Part shown: positions 11,341 through 23,885 of the stretch, piece by piece | How positions within the stretch are numbered: position 1 is the stretch's first letter | Layout of the letters: each line of letters opens with the position of its first letter | The notes under the pieces: generated by a model | Databases searched by the model: none | What the model was told of the DNA's origin: nothing | What the model saw: only the letters and a program-made list of their open reading frames with translations | Translations under genes and position numbers: made by a program | NCBI RefSeq assembly: GCF_001194135.2 | Contig: NC_068997.1 | Coordinates: forward strand, 8,885,578-8,949,577 | Source: Octopus bimaculoides | Lineage: Eukaryota | DNA length: 64,000 nucleotides | Reading direction: 5' to 3'

Positions 11341-11913
11341 ATCCTCATAGCATTTTTTGATAAATAAAATTATCTGTTATTATATATCTGTTTTTTTTTA
11401 TAAACATAAATCTGTCCTCCGTACCCTGTATATTATAGCAATAGAGCTGTTGACAGGATAATGATCGATTTGGAGTGTAAAGGAGATCTTTGAAAAAGTT
11501 ACTACCTCTGTAAATAGTAAAGGAATTATCTTTGATTATAATGACAAGAGAGTCTCACAAGTGTGAGTTTGTAGAAGAGAAAACTTGAAAAGTAAAGTCA
11601 GAACATGCAATAACAGGAAAGAAAGAAATTGTCATCGTAACATGGAGGTTGAAAGAAAATTGGCCATGAAGCCGATGTAGCCAAGGGAGACAACTGATAT
11701 AGTAGAGAAATTAATGACACAGGCGAAAAAGTGAGCTGAGGTGACAACAAAAGTATAAGATATAAAAGGCAGATAATGCTCTAATAACCTGTCCAATGGA
11801 AACAAATAATCACCACCACCACCACCACCACCACTGCAGAATGAAAAACAAGACACGTAGCAAAACATAAGATCTGTGGATTTCTGCATCAACTTCCGTG
11901 CTTTCATACTTAC

Positions 11914-12320
11914 AGAGTCGACAGCAGCAAGATCAGACAACAGCAAAGGTGTTTCTTCAATGGAACGGACAAGCGAAGATCCAGAAGGAATTTCTGTCTT
12001 CTTTTTGCTAAATTGTGAAGGCAAACACAACAGACGGGTTTCAGCAGGTATTTTTTTGTCATTCTGAAAATGGCTAACAGAAGACAGCAAATTTGGAATA
12101 CAGGATTGCTTCTTAAATTCAATAAGAACGTAATTCTTTACATTTTGGAAATGCATGGCATTTGCTATTTTACCAAATTGTTGGCAATAGTGATAGACAT
12201 AATTGCTCTCTTCTTTGTTGTTCAGCTTAACCAGAATGCTTCTGTGAGCTTCAGCTTTTCGTTCTATGCAAAGTTGGCTGAAACTCTTCCTATAGCTGTT
12301 AAAACTGGATGATTTGCTTC
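11914..12320 (-). CDS. MTPAP: MTPAP exon 2 (RRM-like RL domain)
   Basis: Acceptor atttttacag at 12321-12322 (phase 1), donor GTAAGT (phase 0); ERKAEAHRSILV...YCQQFGKI...YVLIEF...IPAETRLL resembles human ERREQAQRTVLI...YLSQFGPI...YAVVEF...IPFRSRFF. Confidence 0.93.
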
Positions 12321-12434
12321 CTGTAAAAATAATTAGAAAAAAAGGATCAGATATGTTGATTAATTTCTAAATGAGAGGAGATTTGGTTATAACTTTTCAA
12401 ACTATTAATGTAATCTTTAGTAATTTTTAAAATT

Positions 12435-12770
12435 TCAGTCATTGGATTGTGGCCATGCTTGAGCATCATCTTCAAAGGTTTTTGTCAATCATATAAACCC
12501 AAGTATTTATTTTCAAGTCTGGTGTCTATTTGTCAAACCACTAAGTTATGGAGCATAAGCATAAACGTGGTCACACACACATGCACAGGCACGTACGCAC
12601 ACACACACGGATGAGGAGTTTCTTTCAGTTTCTGTCAAGCATAAGCATTCACAAGGCTCTGGTCAGCTAAGGGCTATTGTAGAAGACACTTTCTCCAAGG
12701 TGCCAAATAGTGGGACTGAACTCAAGACCACATGGTTAAGAAGTGAACTTCCTAACCGCACAGCAATGCC
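12435..12770 (-). mobile_element. Family-A SINE
   Basis: Reverse complement of the 6932-7322 family (gtgggactgaactc, cacaaggctctggtc). Confidence 0.8.
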
Positions 12771-13150
12771 TATGCCAATAAAAACATTTTTAATATTCAC
12801 ACTGCCAAAATGCTTAGCAACATTTCATCAGTTTTTGCATTCTGAGTTCAAATTGCACTGAAGCCAACTATGCCTTTCATCTTTTGGGGTCAATAAAATG
12901 AGTACCAGTTAAGTACGAGGGGAGGGGGGACAATCGATTTACTCCCCCCTCCAAAATTGCTGGCCTTGTGCCAAAATTTGAAACCAATAACCTTTGTACG
13001 ATGAATAATGATTTTTTTTACATAGGTGCAAAGCATCAATCCCTTCCAGGAGTTGACTGGTATATATTTTACCAACCTCTGTGAAAATGAAAGGCACAGT
13101 AGGTCCCAGCAAGAACTGAATTCAGAACATAAAGTGACACAACTAAATAG

Positions 13151-13690
13151 CATCATCATCATCATCATTTAACGTCCATTGTCCATGCTGGCATGCATTG
13201 GACGGTTTGACCAGGGCTTACAAGCTGAGAGGCTGCACCAGACCCTAGTCTGATTTGGTATAGTTTCTACAGCTGGATGCCCTTCCTAATGTCAACCACT
13301 CCAAGAGTGTAATGGGTGCTTTTACGTACCACTGGCATGAGTGCCATTTGCACGACACCAGCATCTGCCATGACTGCGATTTTGCTTGGCTTGATGGGTC
13401 TTCTTCTCAAGTACAACATAATGCCAAAAGTCTTGGTAATTGCCTCCATGGGACCAAACACTCTAAAGGAACTTTTCACATGCCACTTTGCCTCCATTGA
13501 GACCCAACACACAAAAGGTGCTTTCTACATGCAAACTGGCACGGGTGCCAGTTACAGGACACCAGCATCAACCACAACTACAATTTCATTCACAAGCACA
13601 GCATATTGCCAAAGGTTTCGGTCCCTCGTCATTGCCTCTGTGAGGCCCAAACTTCGAAGATCATGCTTCACCGCCTCATCCCATGTTACA
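13151..13690 (-). mobile_element. Family-B/RTE 3' fragment (longer copy)
   Basis: (CAT)n + tttaacgtccattgtccatgctggcatg + ctggatgcccttcctaatgtcaacc. Confidence 0.8.
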
Positions 13691-13716
13691 TAATCAGGCT
13701 GGGATCTTGTTCAAAA

Positions 13717-14325
13717 CGGGGGCACCAGTATTTTCTTAACAAAACACTTTGAAACTTGGGACACTGGTAGAATGTGTCATATAAAACATCTTTTACTCTT
13801 AGTCTTCTTAACAAAAAAACGTACATCGCAAGTTATTCCATGTTAAAGTTGTCGTATTTCTGTAATTTCAACCAATCACTTACGTCTATTCAGCTGAATA
13901 GAGTTACTGCTGGGCGGTCATAAAAATGTTATGCCCTGTGACATATTTCATCCGGTTTAATCGTAATTTATACACATATATTGTTTATATAATAAATTAC
14001 GCTGTGCGTATCTATGTGTGTAACAATTTTAGAGTTCGGATTCTAGAGTTAGGGTTAGTTTTAGGGTTAGAGTTAGGGTTAACAGTCTAGTTAGGGTTAG
14101 GGGATTAATACGATATACACCGTTACAGCGCTAACTGTTTTCAACTGAATAGACGTCAGTGATTAGTAGAAATTATCGAAATAAGTCAATTTTTTACATG
14201 AAATAAATTCGAATACAAAAATTTTTTTCTGTTCTATAACACAAAATAGATAAGTATACGAAGTTTGAAAGTCTTTCGGTACCAAAAACACTACGTAAAA
14301 CATAAATGAAAACTGGTGCCCCTGT
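13717..14325. mobile_element. Foldback MITE (Tc1/mariner-like ends) with a TTAGGG-repeat core
   Basis: Ends GGGGCACCAGT / ACTGGTGCCCC(TGTA); long imperfect inverted arms (13874-13900 vs 14138-14164, 24/27 match); five exact TTAGGG at 14049-14102. Confidence 0.85.
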
Positions 14326-16049
14326 AGAACACCTAGTACAAAACCTATTGGTAAGATCGACCATAATGGATATATATATATAATGCTGTACACTTTGATA
14401 TAATGCTGATTAACATACCTACTCTATTGACAAATATATGAGTAGATATTTTTCCTGAGTAATGGATTTTTAAATGGTTATATATATATATTGTATTTGC
14501 AAGATTCTTCATGTGGACCTGTGTGTTGAAACAAATTTTGTATCTTGAGAGCGTCATTACGTGAAGTAATCAGTTAGTAAGCTAAATAACTAACCAAATG
14601 ACTAATAAAGAAAACTAACCAGTGCGCGTTAATTATTGGCATAATGACCCTCCAAAAATACAACATACACACATTTTCGTTGGCAATAATGTTTTTTTCT
14701 TGTATACCATAATTTGACCCCAGTACTTGACTGGTACTTATTTCATCAGAAAATTCCCGGAAAATTGAAATGCAAAATCGACCTCAACAGAATTTGAACA
14801 GAGAACGTAAAGGGCTCTAACTAAATACCTGTGAACACTTTTACCCAACATTTTAACGATTCTCCAACAAAAACATGTTTCTCAAATTAAGACCTCTGTA
14901 ACGTGGGGTCCGCGACCTGGCTGTAACTATTTCACTTCGCTTACATCGATAATGACCTTGAGAATGGCATGGATGTCACAACACAGGCTTCTTTGTAATA
15001 TCTTGCTATCGGGTAGATTGTCATTGGCGTGTTTTGTGGAGTTTTTATTTTTTTCGTTTCCGGGACCTCATGAAAATGTTTACCTTGTTCCAGGAACATA
15101 TCTATTTTATAAAGAAGTTTACCCTGGACAAAAAAAATTAAAGTGCTTTTTAATTATTTATTACAAAACTAAAAAACGAAATTGCTTGATTCTATCGTTA
15201 GCAAGTCTTCAGTGAATTTCATATCGGAAACGGAAGGGTCAGACGTTTAAAAATTATGGATTTAATTTTTTTTTTTCCAGAAAAGGCTCCCCTCCCAACT
15301 ATTATTTTATAAATGCATGGTGCAAGAAGAATTGTAAAAATCCCAACCAAAACGGAGAAATTCCAACTTATTTGGGATAGTTTTTCAGAAAGTTCAAAAC
15401 AAAGTCACATTCGACAAAGAAAGCCATACATTATAGGAAAAATAACTAAATATCCTTTACTTCACTTTTACCCAGAAAACAAAAACATTCACTTTTTACA
15501 AGATAAGCTCTATTATTATACAGAACCGAAATCCGGCGAATAATTAAACCCTTGAAGGGCCTCATTATTGTTTGACCCAAGGTTAATCAGACATCCCAGC
15601 AGACAGTCCTTTTTTTCCCGGGACCACATTATTCATTCAATATATATATCCTTCTTTTCTAAGATAGAAGAGTATTATTTGAGAAATTCTATTATTAGGA
15701 CGTAGACCAGGAATAGAAACAATACGTGAGGGTGTATTTCATAAACTACAAGTCATTTAAACCTTACTACAATCTATGTTATTGTTTAACATCAAGTCTG
15801 TTCTGACCAAAAGTGTTCCAGTTGTGGCAATCCCAATATTTTTTGTATATGTATGACTATACTGTCTGTGTCATTTGTTTTTCACACGGTACGGAGCGGG
15901 TTGAGAGCGTGAATGATTTGTCTGCTATTTCTAGCAGGTCGAGCGACTGTGTAGCAGCTTCCTTGTTGGTTCGACTGGAATATGAAACATTATATATATA
16001 GATGTGTGTACATTCTTATGTGTTACAGATACAGAATAATGACCCATAC

Positions 16050-16134
16050 CTTCTTTAATCCTAGGTGCGGAATATGAATAATTCCTAATAGGACGGGCAA
16101 ACTTTGTCACGGACGACATCATTATTGAGGCCAT
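16050..16134 (-). CDS. MTPAP: MTPAP exon 1 (mitochondrial presequence)
   Basis: gcacATGG start; MASIMMSSVTKFARPIRNYSYSAPRIKE(G) is S/R-rich and acid-poor, with an R-x-Y/S cleavage-like motif; donor G|GTATGG is phase 1, matching exon 2. Confidence 0.78.
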
Positions 16135-16450
16135 GTGCTGCTAATTGTGTTCAACGCACGGCCCTCAGTTAAGAAACCAGTACAGCGAACAAGAGGCATC
16201 TGGCCGAATTGAAATTGTTATTTAGATATCACAGCAATAAAGCACCAAAAGAGAATGACTCTCCCCAGATACAACAACAATAAATATTCTTCTTTAAATA
16301 AAAAGAAAATTTTAAAAGTGAGGAAAAATATTTTCATAAATATCAGAAACCATAATTTTGACACCAAATAAATATTTAAGTGAAGTTTTTTTTTAATGAC
16401 CAATCTGTTTCTGCAACGTCGCAATCGTTTTAGTTTTAAGACACAATCTC
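16135..16450 (-). promoter_or_regulatory. Probable MTPAP 5' UTR / promoter
   Basis: Unique, relatively CpG-rich sequence directly upstream of exon 1; TSS not determinable. Confidence 0.4.
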
Positions 16451-17399
16451 ATATAAAATCATTCGCCTGGCAAGTACATCTCCAAAATAAATACATATAA
16501 ATAGTTTGATATCAGATTATTTCCCTAAAAACCGATGAGCAAATTGACCCAATATATCTTGTTGAATGTTCGAGTTATTAGGGTACTGCTATTACAGGAT
16601 TGGCAGGTATCCTGTTGCATTGGCCCAAATTGTTACCTTGTTATTCAAACTAACATCTAATTACATCATTGATTAGCTAATTAACCTCTACTGATAGGAT
16701 CTTGTTAAATTTCTTCAGACCACTCCAAGTTTTTCAAATTTTCAACAGATTATTTTTAGAAAAAAAAATGTAATTCTAATGTAATTTTGCATGCTGATGA
16801 CGAAATTCACATTTTTTTTTTTCTTGGAAATTTGAAAATGGAAAACTTGAAACGGTTGGGAGAAATTTAACGATCTCAAGATCCCAGAAATGAAATAATA
16901 TACTGTTCAATGACCTGAACTATTGACAATGAAATCATTGTTGCCGGTGACTTGTAACTTTGATCTAATCTTCGACGGTCCGATAAACAAAGAAACAATT
17001 TACGATAATTTCAAATGTAAAATATCTAAATTGGAAATGGAAGACAATACAAACAGAAGACACACACACACACATCTTTTACTTGTTTCAATCATCGATT
17101 GCGGCAGTGCTGGGGTATCACCTTTAGTCGAACAAATTGATCCCCAGTACTTATTTTTTAAACTTGGTAGGTAAATTTATAGAACACTCCTCTCGATTTC
17201 AGTGGGAAAATAATTATTTTTCCTCGTGTTTTCGGGTACTATCAATCAATCTAACCTCCGAACATGCTGTAGGAGATTTTCCCCCCACTACAGAAAAACA
17301 GAGGGGGTAACCTCAGATCCCTCCTCCCACCCTGGAGTTACCTTTACTTTTTTTTTGTGTGTTATCATAAATATAGTGTGTAGCTATATGGATATCTTT

Positions 17400-17600
17400 G
17401 TGTCTGTTTGTCGTCACCCCTCCCCCCCCCACTACTCTTCGCTTGACAACCGATGTTGGTGTGTTTACGTCCCCGTAACTCTGCAGTTCGACAAAAGGGA
17501 CCGATAGAATAAGTTTACAAAGGATAAGGCATGGAGTCGATTTCTTCGACTAAAACGCAGAGCTCTTACATGGCCACAGTCAAATGACTGAAACAAAACA
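17400..17600 (+). mobile_element. Family-A SINE 3' half
   Basis: gcttgacaaccgatgttggtgtgtttacgtccccgtaac...atggccacagtcaaatgactgaaac. Confidence 0.8.
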
Positions 17601-17837
17601 ATAACACACACACACAGCATTGACTCAGCAGCACATGACTTAAAGTTTTGTAGGCGTTGGACATATCCATCCCATTAGATGAGGTGTCCTACACCCACGA
17701 AACCAGATAATGTGGGGCTCTGTCAAACTGTTATCAAATACATTTATCTCCAGCCAAATATGTTGAGAGCTACTTTCATTCTTTCGGTCACTCATTCACA
17801 AGCATATAATATACTTACATACATATATATATATATA

Positions 17838-18080
17838 TCATCATCATCATCGTTTAACGTCCGCCTTCCATGCTAGTATGGGTTGGACGATTTGACTGAG
17901 GACTGGTGAACCAGATGGCAACACCAGGCTCCAATCTGATCTGGCAGAGTTTCTACAGCTGGATGCCCTTCCTAACGCCAACCACTCTGAGAGTGTAGTG
18001 GGTGCTTTTACATGCCACCGGCACGAGGGCCAGTCACACGGTACTGGCAAAGGCCACACTCAAGTGGTATTTTTTACATG
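17838..18080 (-). mobile_element. Family-B SINE
   Basis: (CAT)n cgtttaacgtccgccttccatgctagtatggg...ctggatgcccttcctaacgccaacc. Confidence 0.85.
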
Positions 18081-18299
18081 CCATATATATCTATATGTAC
18101 ATATATATATATATATAATTTTTTTCATATAGATCCGTTACAGCCAATCTAAAATAAGATTGCTGGGGTTTTATTTTTTCTGTGTGGTAAGAAGCTTACT
18201 TCCCAACCACATGGTTCCGGGTTCAGTCCCACTGCATGGCACCTTGAGCAAATATCTTCTGCAATAGCCTCGGGCTGACAAAAGCCTTGTGAGTCCAAC

Positions 18300-18491
18300 C
18301 AGATGCCATGATTGACCGCTAAATCCACAAGTTTTTTTTTATTCTCTCTCTGTTAATTTCCTATTGTTCTTTTCTGTTGAAGAGCATAGGCTCGAAATGT
18401 AAAAGACTTTCTCACCTTCCTGAACGTCAAACTAATACACCTGCTTGTTGTTTATATATCTGTCTTCGTCTTTTGTTTTTCTGTAAGTTTC

Positions 18492-18494
<3 letters not shown>
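18300..18494 (+). mobile_element. Penelope-type terminal repeat (pLTR) fragment containing a hammerhead-like motif
   Basis: CTGTTGA-A-GAGC(ATAG)GCTC-GAAA-TGTA at 18374-18401, ending in (TA)n. Confidence 0.55.

Positions 18495-18575
<81 letters not shown>
18495..18575. repeat. (TA)n microsatellite; others near 38109-38186, 38635-38675, 42043-42098, 45077-45115, 47581-47611
   Basis: Perfect dinucleotide runs. Confidence 0.98.
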
Positions 18576-18578
<3 letters not shown>

Positions 18579-19225
18579 GTGAATAAAGTTAAAACATGGT
18601 CCAGTTTTTACGTTTGTTATGGTATTTTAACATTAAAAAAACATTTTGTAATGCTCATAAAGTAAAATTAGTGATTTCTTAGAGTAATCATCAGATTCCA
18701 AATGTGTTTAACTGACAGTTGAATTCTTGACAATTTTACTACCTCTTACAACACTCCAACAAGCTGAATTTTTAGAATATGGTTTTGACCAATCCAGTTG
18801 CATTTGAAACATCATGGTTTGCCAGGCATACCTAGTATGCTGTAATTTGTTTATATTTATCAGCAAGAGCTATTTCTCAATCCACATCATTAACTGGTTG
18901 TTATACTGTTGCTGTTATTTCCATTAAGAACAGGTTTGAACATTTTCATAAACCGTTTTTTTCTTTCATCTTTCTTCCAACCACACTTGCGTCATGTAGT
19001 TTATGGAAAGAAAAAATTAGAAACATTTTCTGACCACATGTCTCTATATGTTTGCTCAATGGAATTTGGCAAACATTGGTGGTCCAGATTTGTTGTCTGT
19101 AGACTTGTGAGTGTTCCAATAACGCATTCCCTGTCTCACTTATATATAATTCCTCGCAATTTTGGCATTTTGCAGTTCATATCTGCGTTAGCAAAACTCT
19201 GTCCATTTTTTGTTCTGATAGATCT
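18576..19225 (-). mobile_element. Penelope-like element 3' end: decayed GIY-YIG endonuclease plus pLTR
   Basis: Minus-strand KCQNCEELYISETGNALLEHSQVYRQQIW...QIPLSKHIETCG...IFSFHKL...RKMKE/FMKMFKPVLN matches the PLE pattern C..C...YIG.TG...H...R..E..F...F.P.LN; one frameshift. Confidence 0.85.
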
Positions 19226-19324
19226 AGCAGTATGTGTGAAAACCAGACCATTTTTTAGCTTTATTCAACTGATATATTATTCTATACACATTCACATAAA
19301 TTTGAAACAAAATATATATATATA

Positions 19325-19490
19325 TACAGGTGTGGTTGTGTGGTAAAAGCTTGCCTCCTAACCACATGATTCCAAATTCAGTCCCACTGCGTGGAACTTT
19401 GGGCAAGTGTCTTCTACTATAACTTCGGGTTAACCTAAGCCTTGTGAGTGGATTTGGTAGACGGAAACTGAAAGAAGCCTGCTGTGATCA
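19325..19490 (+). mobile_element. Family-A SINE 5' half
   Basis: tggttgtgtggtaaaagcttgcc...cagtcccactgcgtggaactttgggcaagtgtcttctac. Confidence 0.8.
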
Positions 19491-20734
19491 ATGCCAGGCC
19501 TGCCTGACTGGCACGTAAAAAGCACCCACTACACTCTCAGAGATGGTAACAGATAGAAATTGCTATTTATGTATAAGATTTAATTTCAGTAAGACATCAA
19601 GCTGGCAAAACCATTAACACACAAAGCAAGATGCTTGGCATCATTTAATCCGTGAATTCAAATTCGGCTGAGGTTAACTTTGCTTTTCATCCTTTTGTAG
19701 TCAATGAAATAAATACCAGTTGTGTACTGGGGGTGTTGATGTAATCAACTTATCCTCTCCCCCCAAATCGCTGGCCTTGTGCCATGATTTTAAAACCAAT
19801 ATTTTGATATTTAATTTCAGTAATGCAGTGAGGTGACAGAATCATTAGCATCTCTTTTTGACTTTATGTGAGTTAAAATGTCACCAGGATGGACTTTGCT
19901 TTTCATCATTTTAGGGTCAATAACATAAGCACCAATTGAGCACTAGGGTCGGTGTACCTCCTCCCTCAAAATTACTGGCCTTATGCCAAAATTTGAAACC
20001 AATATTTAACTTCAGAGCAAATAAACCAAACCTATTGAATAGGCACTTTAGTTGTCATGATGGTGGTGGCATTGTAGGATTGTGATGGTGGTGGTGGTGG
20101 TGGTCGCAGTGTTACTGCTGCTGTTATTGTTGAGGCTGAAAGGCCACAGTGAGATTTCACTATTAACCATTCGCTGAACCTACCTAACCTGTGGCAGAGG
20201 AAGACTCAGATTTGATTCTGCAGTAATTTCTGATAGAAAGATAGAGCCAGTGTTGCAGATGTGATAACATTGAATTAGGAATGCTAACATTATACCAGAT
20301 TGCAGATATATTCAACCCATATCATGGTAAAGTGATGATAATTTCGTCACATTAGTTATCAGCCACTTTTTTTTGTGCTCCGGTTTCTAAGTGTATGCAT
20401 ATAAAACATTATTATTTGTCTCAGGGATAAGCCAGAGAGCTGGCAAAAACTATCAGAGCAGTGGTTCTATGGAAAGCATCTCTAGCATTAAGCAGTGGAG
20501 GAAAATATCAGCTGAAACAGGAAGGACATCAATTTCTGATAAGTAACTTTCCCATAGGAGTTGAAGTTAAAACAAGGGATCATTTGTTTAACAGTTAAAC
20601 CAGTGCTTAAAGTGGTGAGACCCAACCAGCTTCTAATAGTCTCTAAGATGTGGATTTGGTTGTTAGGAGTTGCATCTTTGTTTCTGGTTGCTCATATTAC
20701 TACTGGTTTCAAAATTCACACTTTATTTCTAAAA

Positions 20735-21115
20735 TAGGCACAGCTGCGTGGTAGGAAGCTTGCTTCCCAACTGTGTGGTCTTAGGTTCAGTCCCACTGCA
20801 TGGCATTGTGGGCAAACGTCTTCCACTACAACCTCTGACCAACCAGTCCTGGGAGTGGATTTGGTAGATGGAAACTGAAAGAAGCTTGTTTTAGATGTGT
20901 GTGTGCACAAGTGCCCTCCATTACCGCTTGACAACTGGAAGGGTTGGTTTGTTTACATCTCCTAAAGTAGTAGTTCAGAACAAAAAGAAAAGAGAGAGAG
21001 AGAGAGAGAGAGAGGTTGATAGAATAAGTCCTGAGGAGTTATTTTGTTTCACTAAACCCCTGGAGACAGTGTCCCATCACAGCTATAGTCTGATGAGTGA
21101 AACACATAAAAAATA
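20735..21115 (+). mobile_element. Family-A SINE with internal (GA)n
   Basis: tggtaggaagcttgcttcccaac...ttcagtcccactgcatggcattgtgggcaa; diverged tail. Confidence 0.8.
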
Positions 21116-23514
21116 ACCACTTCATGTAGAATAACAATTGCTGAAAAGCCATAGTATCAGCCTCAGGGGGAACCAGCTGTCCTTTGTACCTTTTGATGAA
21201 ATACCAAAAAACAGATATAAAACAAAATACATTGTGAGTCTCAGTCTATGACATATAAACACACAAACTGGATCAAAGCTATTGAATTTAGTTATTATTT
21301 GATAGACTCGCACTATATTACAAAATAAAAACATGAGGAATATGAATTATTTTTATTGTCTGAAGTGCTACAGCAGACATTTCAGCTATGATAAAATGTT
21401 TTTGCTGTCAATGGTATAATGAACCTAGCTCCCAGCATAGGTAGAGAGAAAATATCCAGAAATTGCTGTCAAAAGAACTGGAACACATCAATAACAGAAA
21501 CAATATATATATATATATATATAATATATACATCATATATATACATACACACACATGCATGTATGTATATAAATAATATGTACAGAGAATTTTCAGCATA
21601 AGAAAATCAATATTTCTTGGAGATAAAATTTACCAAATTTATTTTTAAAATACGATTTGGAATAAGAAATCATTTTAAAAATCATTATGGCATCAATTAT
21701 TAGAAATCGTGTGTGTTTTTAGTTTTATTTTATTATTTTTTTCCTTCTTTTCTCAGTATGAATTTTACATAAAAACAGAAATTATTTGAAGATGGGGGGA
21801 AAGTCACCAAAAAAAAAAAAAAAAATCACAGATATCCGGAAGATGAACATTTTCCTTTTCTTTTCTTTTTTTTTTTTTCATATTCTAAAAGATCTAATTT
21901 GGGGACAGAATCCTATTCCAAAATGTTTTCAAGAACGTCATTCAAATAAAATGAACAGCATGTGTATTTATATAATGATAAAAGTTCATTGATTATTTTA
22001 AAATGAAAAAAAATATATATATAAAAAAAATTGCTTCCTGNNNNNNNNNNNNNNNNNNNNNNNNNNNNNNNNNNNNNNNNNNNNNNNNNNNNNNNNNNNN
22101 NNNNNNNNNNNNNNNNNNNNNNNNNNNNNNNNNNNNNNNNNNNNNNNNNNNNNNNNNNNNNNNNNNNNNNNNNNNNNNNNNNNNNNNNNNNNNNNNNNNN
22201 NNNNNNNNNNNNNNNNNNNNNNNNNNNNNNNNNNNNNNNNNNNNNNNNNNNNNNNNNNNNNNNNNNNNNNNNNNNNNNNNNNNNNNNNNNNNNNNNNNNN
22301 NNNNNNNNNNNNNNNNNNNNNNNNNNNNNNNNNNNNNNNNNNNNNNNNNNNNNNNNNNNNNNNNNNNNNNNNNNNNNNTTTAGTGTTTCTATTTGTCATC
22401 TACATGTTTTGTTTTTTTTTCCACATATAAGAAAATAAATAACACGTAATTTTGGACACATGGTGTGTGGAAATACAGGCTGGGGGATTTTAACTTATTA
22501 ATAAAATGCTCTGAATTACTTCAGTCAATGAATTCCGGTTTCAATATCTAAAAAAAGCAAATCACCATACCATTAAAATCCTGACATTAGAATATAGAAG
22601 AGAACAAAAAAAAAAAAAAACTAAAGAGGAAATTTCAACTTCGTAATATCAACAATAAATAATTAAATTACTGATGTTAAAGTAAACTCACTGATCAATT
22701 AACAAAGCAATCCATTTATGGCGAAATATTCATAATTCAAAGCTAACCACATAAATTGCGAGATTTTAAATTGAGTAGAAAAACTCCAAATTTGTGTATT
22801 GAGTGCTAGATAACTTAGTTGTTTATTTATAAATTACTACAGAGAGGCTATTGTATAATAATATACACACACATACATGAACGTGTGTGTCTGTTATTTT
22901 GGTTGAATCAGTCTCTTATTGCTGCGTTCTGTCAGTGGGTGCACAAGGCCTTCAGGCAAATTATGACAGCCATTGCCTGCCTGAAGACTGAGTACACACA
23001 GGGAAAGATGAAAATTAACAAGAGACTTGATATGACCAAAATAAAATATATTAATCTCTACCACGGTATTGAATACTCTTTTTTTTCTCCAACACTAAAC
23101 AAATACATAGATCACACAACCACACATTATAGATAATACATACATACATTCATACGTATTCTTATACACTCACACATGTCAAGTGAAGTTATTTCTCAGG
23201 AGTAGGTCCAGGACCAATTTTATTTTATTTTTCTATATTAATAATTAGAAAAACAAGTAATGTCTTATTACTCATTGTTAGCATTATGCTGTTGAAATTG
23301 AAATTTAGCTATGAGAATAATACTAATTTCCAGATGTTTTAGAAAATATTAAATTCAAAATTTGACCATTTAAAGCTATTGCAGCAACTAACATTTACAA
23401 AAATAGAAATTTGGAATTTTTACAAATATATGTTCAGTGAAAATTTGCTAATTTTAATAACTGCTACTCTTTACTCTTACAAATCCTCAATTATTACAAA
23501 GCAGTTCAAATATT

Positions 23515-23885
23515 TCTTTGTTTCAGTCTGTGGCCATACTGCGGCACCACCTTGAAGGGTTTTAGTAGAACAAATCAACCCTACAACATATATTTTTGTA
23601 AAGCCTGGTACTTATACTATCGGTCTCTATTGCCAAACCGCTAAGTTACGGGGACGTAAATACACCAACACCAGTTGTTAAACGATGGCGAGGGACAAAC
23701 ACAGACACATGCACACACACACACGATGGGTTCTTTCAGTTTCCAACTACCAAATCCATTCGCAAGGTTTTAGTCAGCCTGAGGCTACAGTAAAAGACAC
23801 TTGCCCAATGTGCCACGCAGTGGAACTGAACTCAGAACCATGTGATTGGGAAGCAAACTTCTTACCACATAGCCACGCTTGTGCT
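23515..23885 (-). mobile_element. Family-A SINE (near full length)
   Basis: Reverse complement of the family-A head, body and tail. Confidence 0.85.

Noticed and set aside
16794-16810. CTGATGA-C-GAAA ultra-minimal hammerhead core
   Set aside because: No stem II and stem I does not pair; expected by chance
21089-21102. CTGATGAGTGAAAC hammerhead-like core
   Set aside because: It is the mutated family-A SINE tail (gtcaaatgactgaaac); no stems
22950-22986. 9-bp inverted repeat CTTCAGGCA/TGCCTGAAG
   Set aside because: Stem too short for a pre-miRNA; no snoRNA boxes
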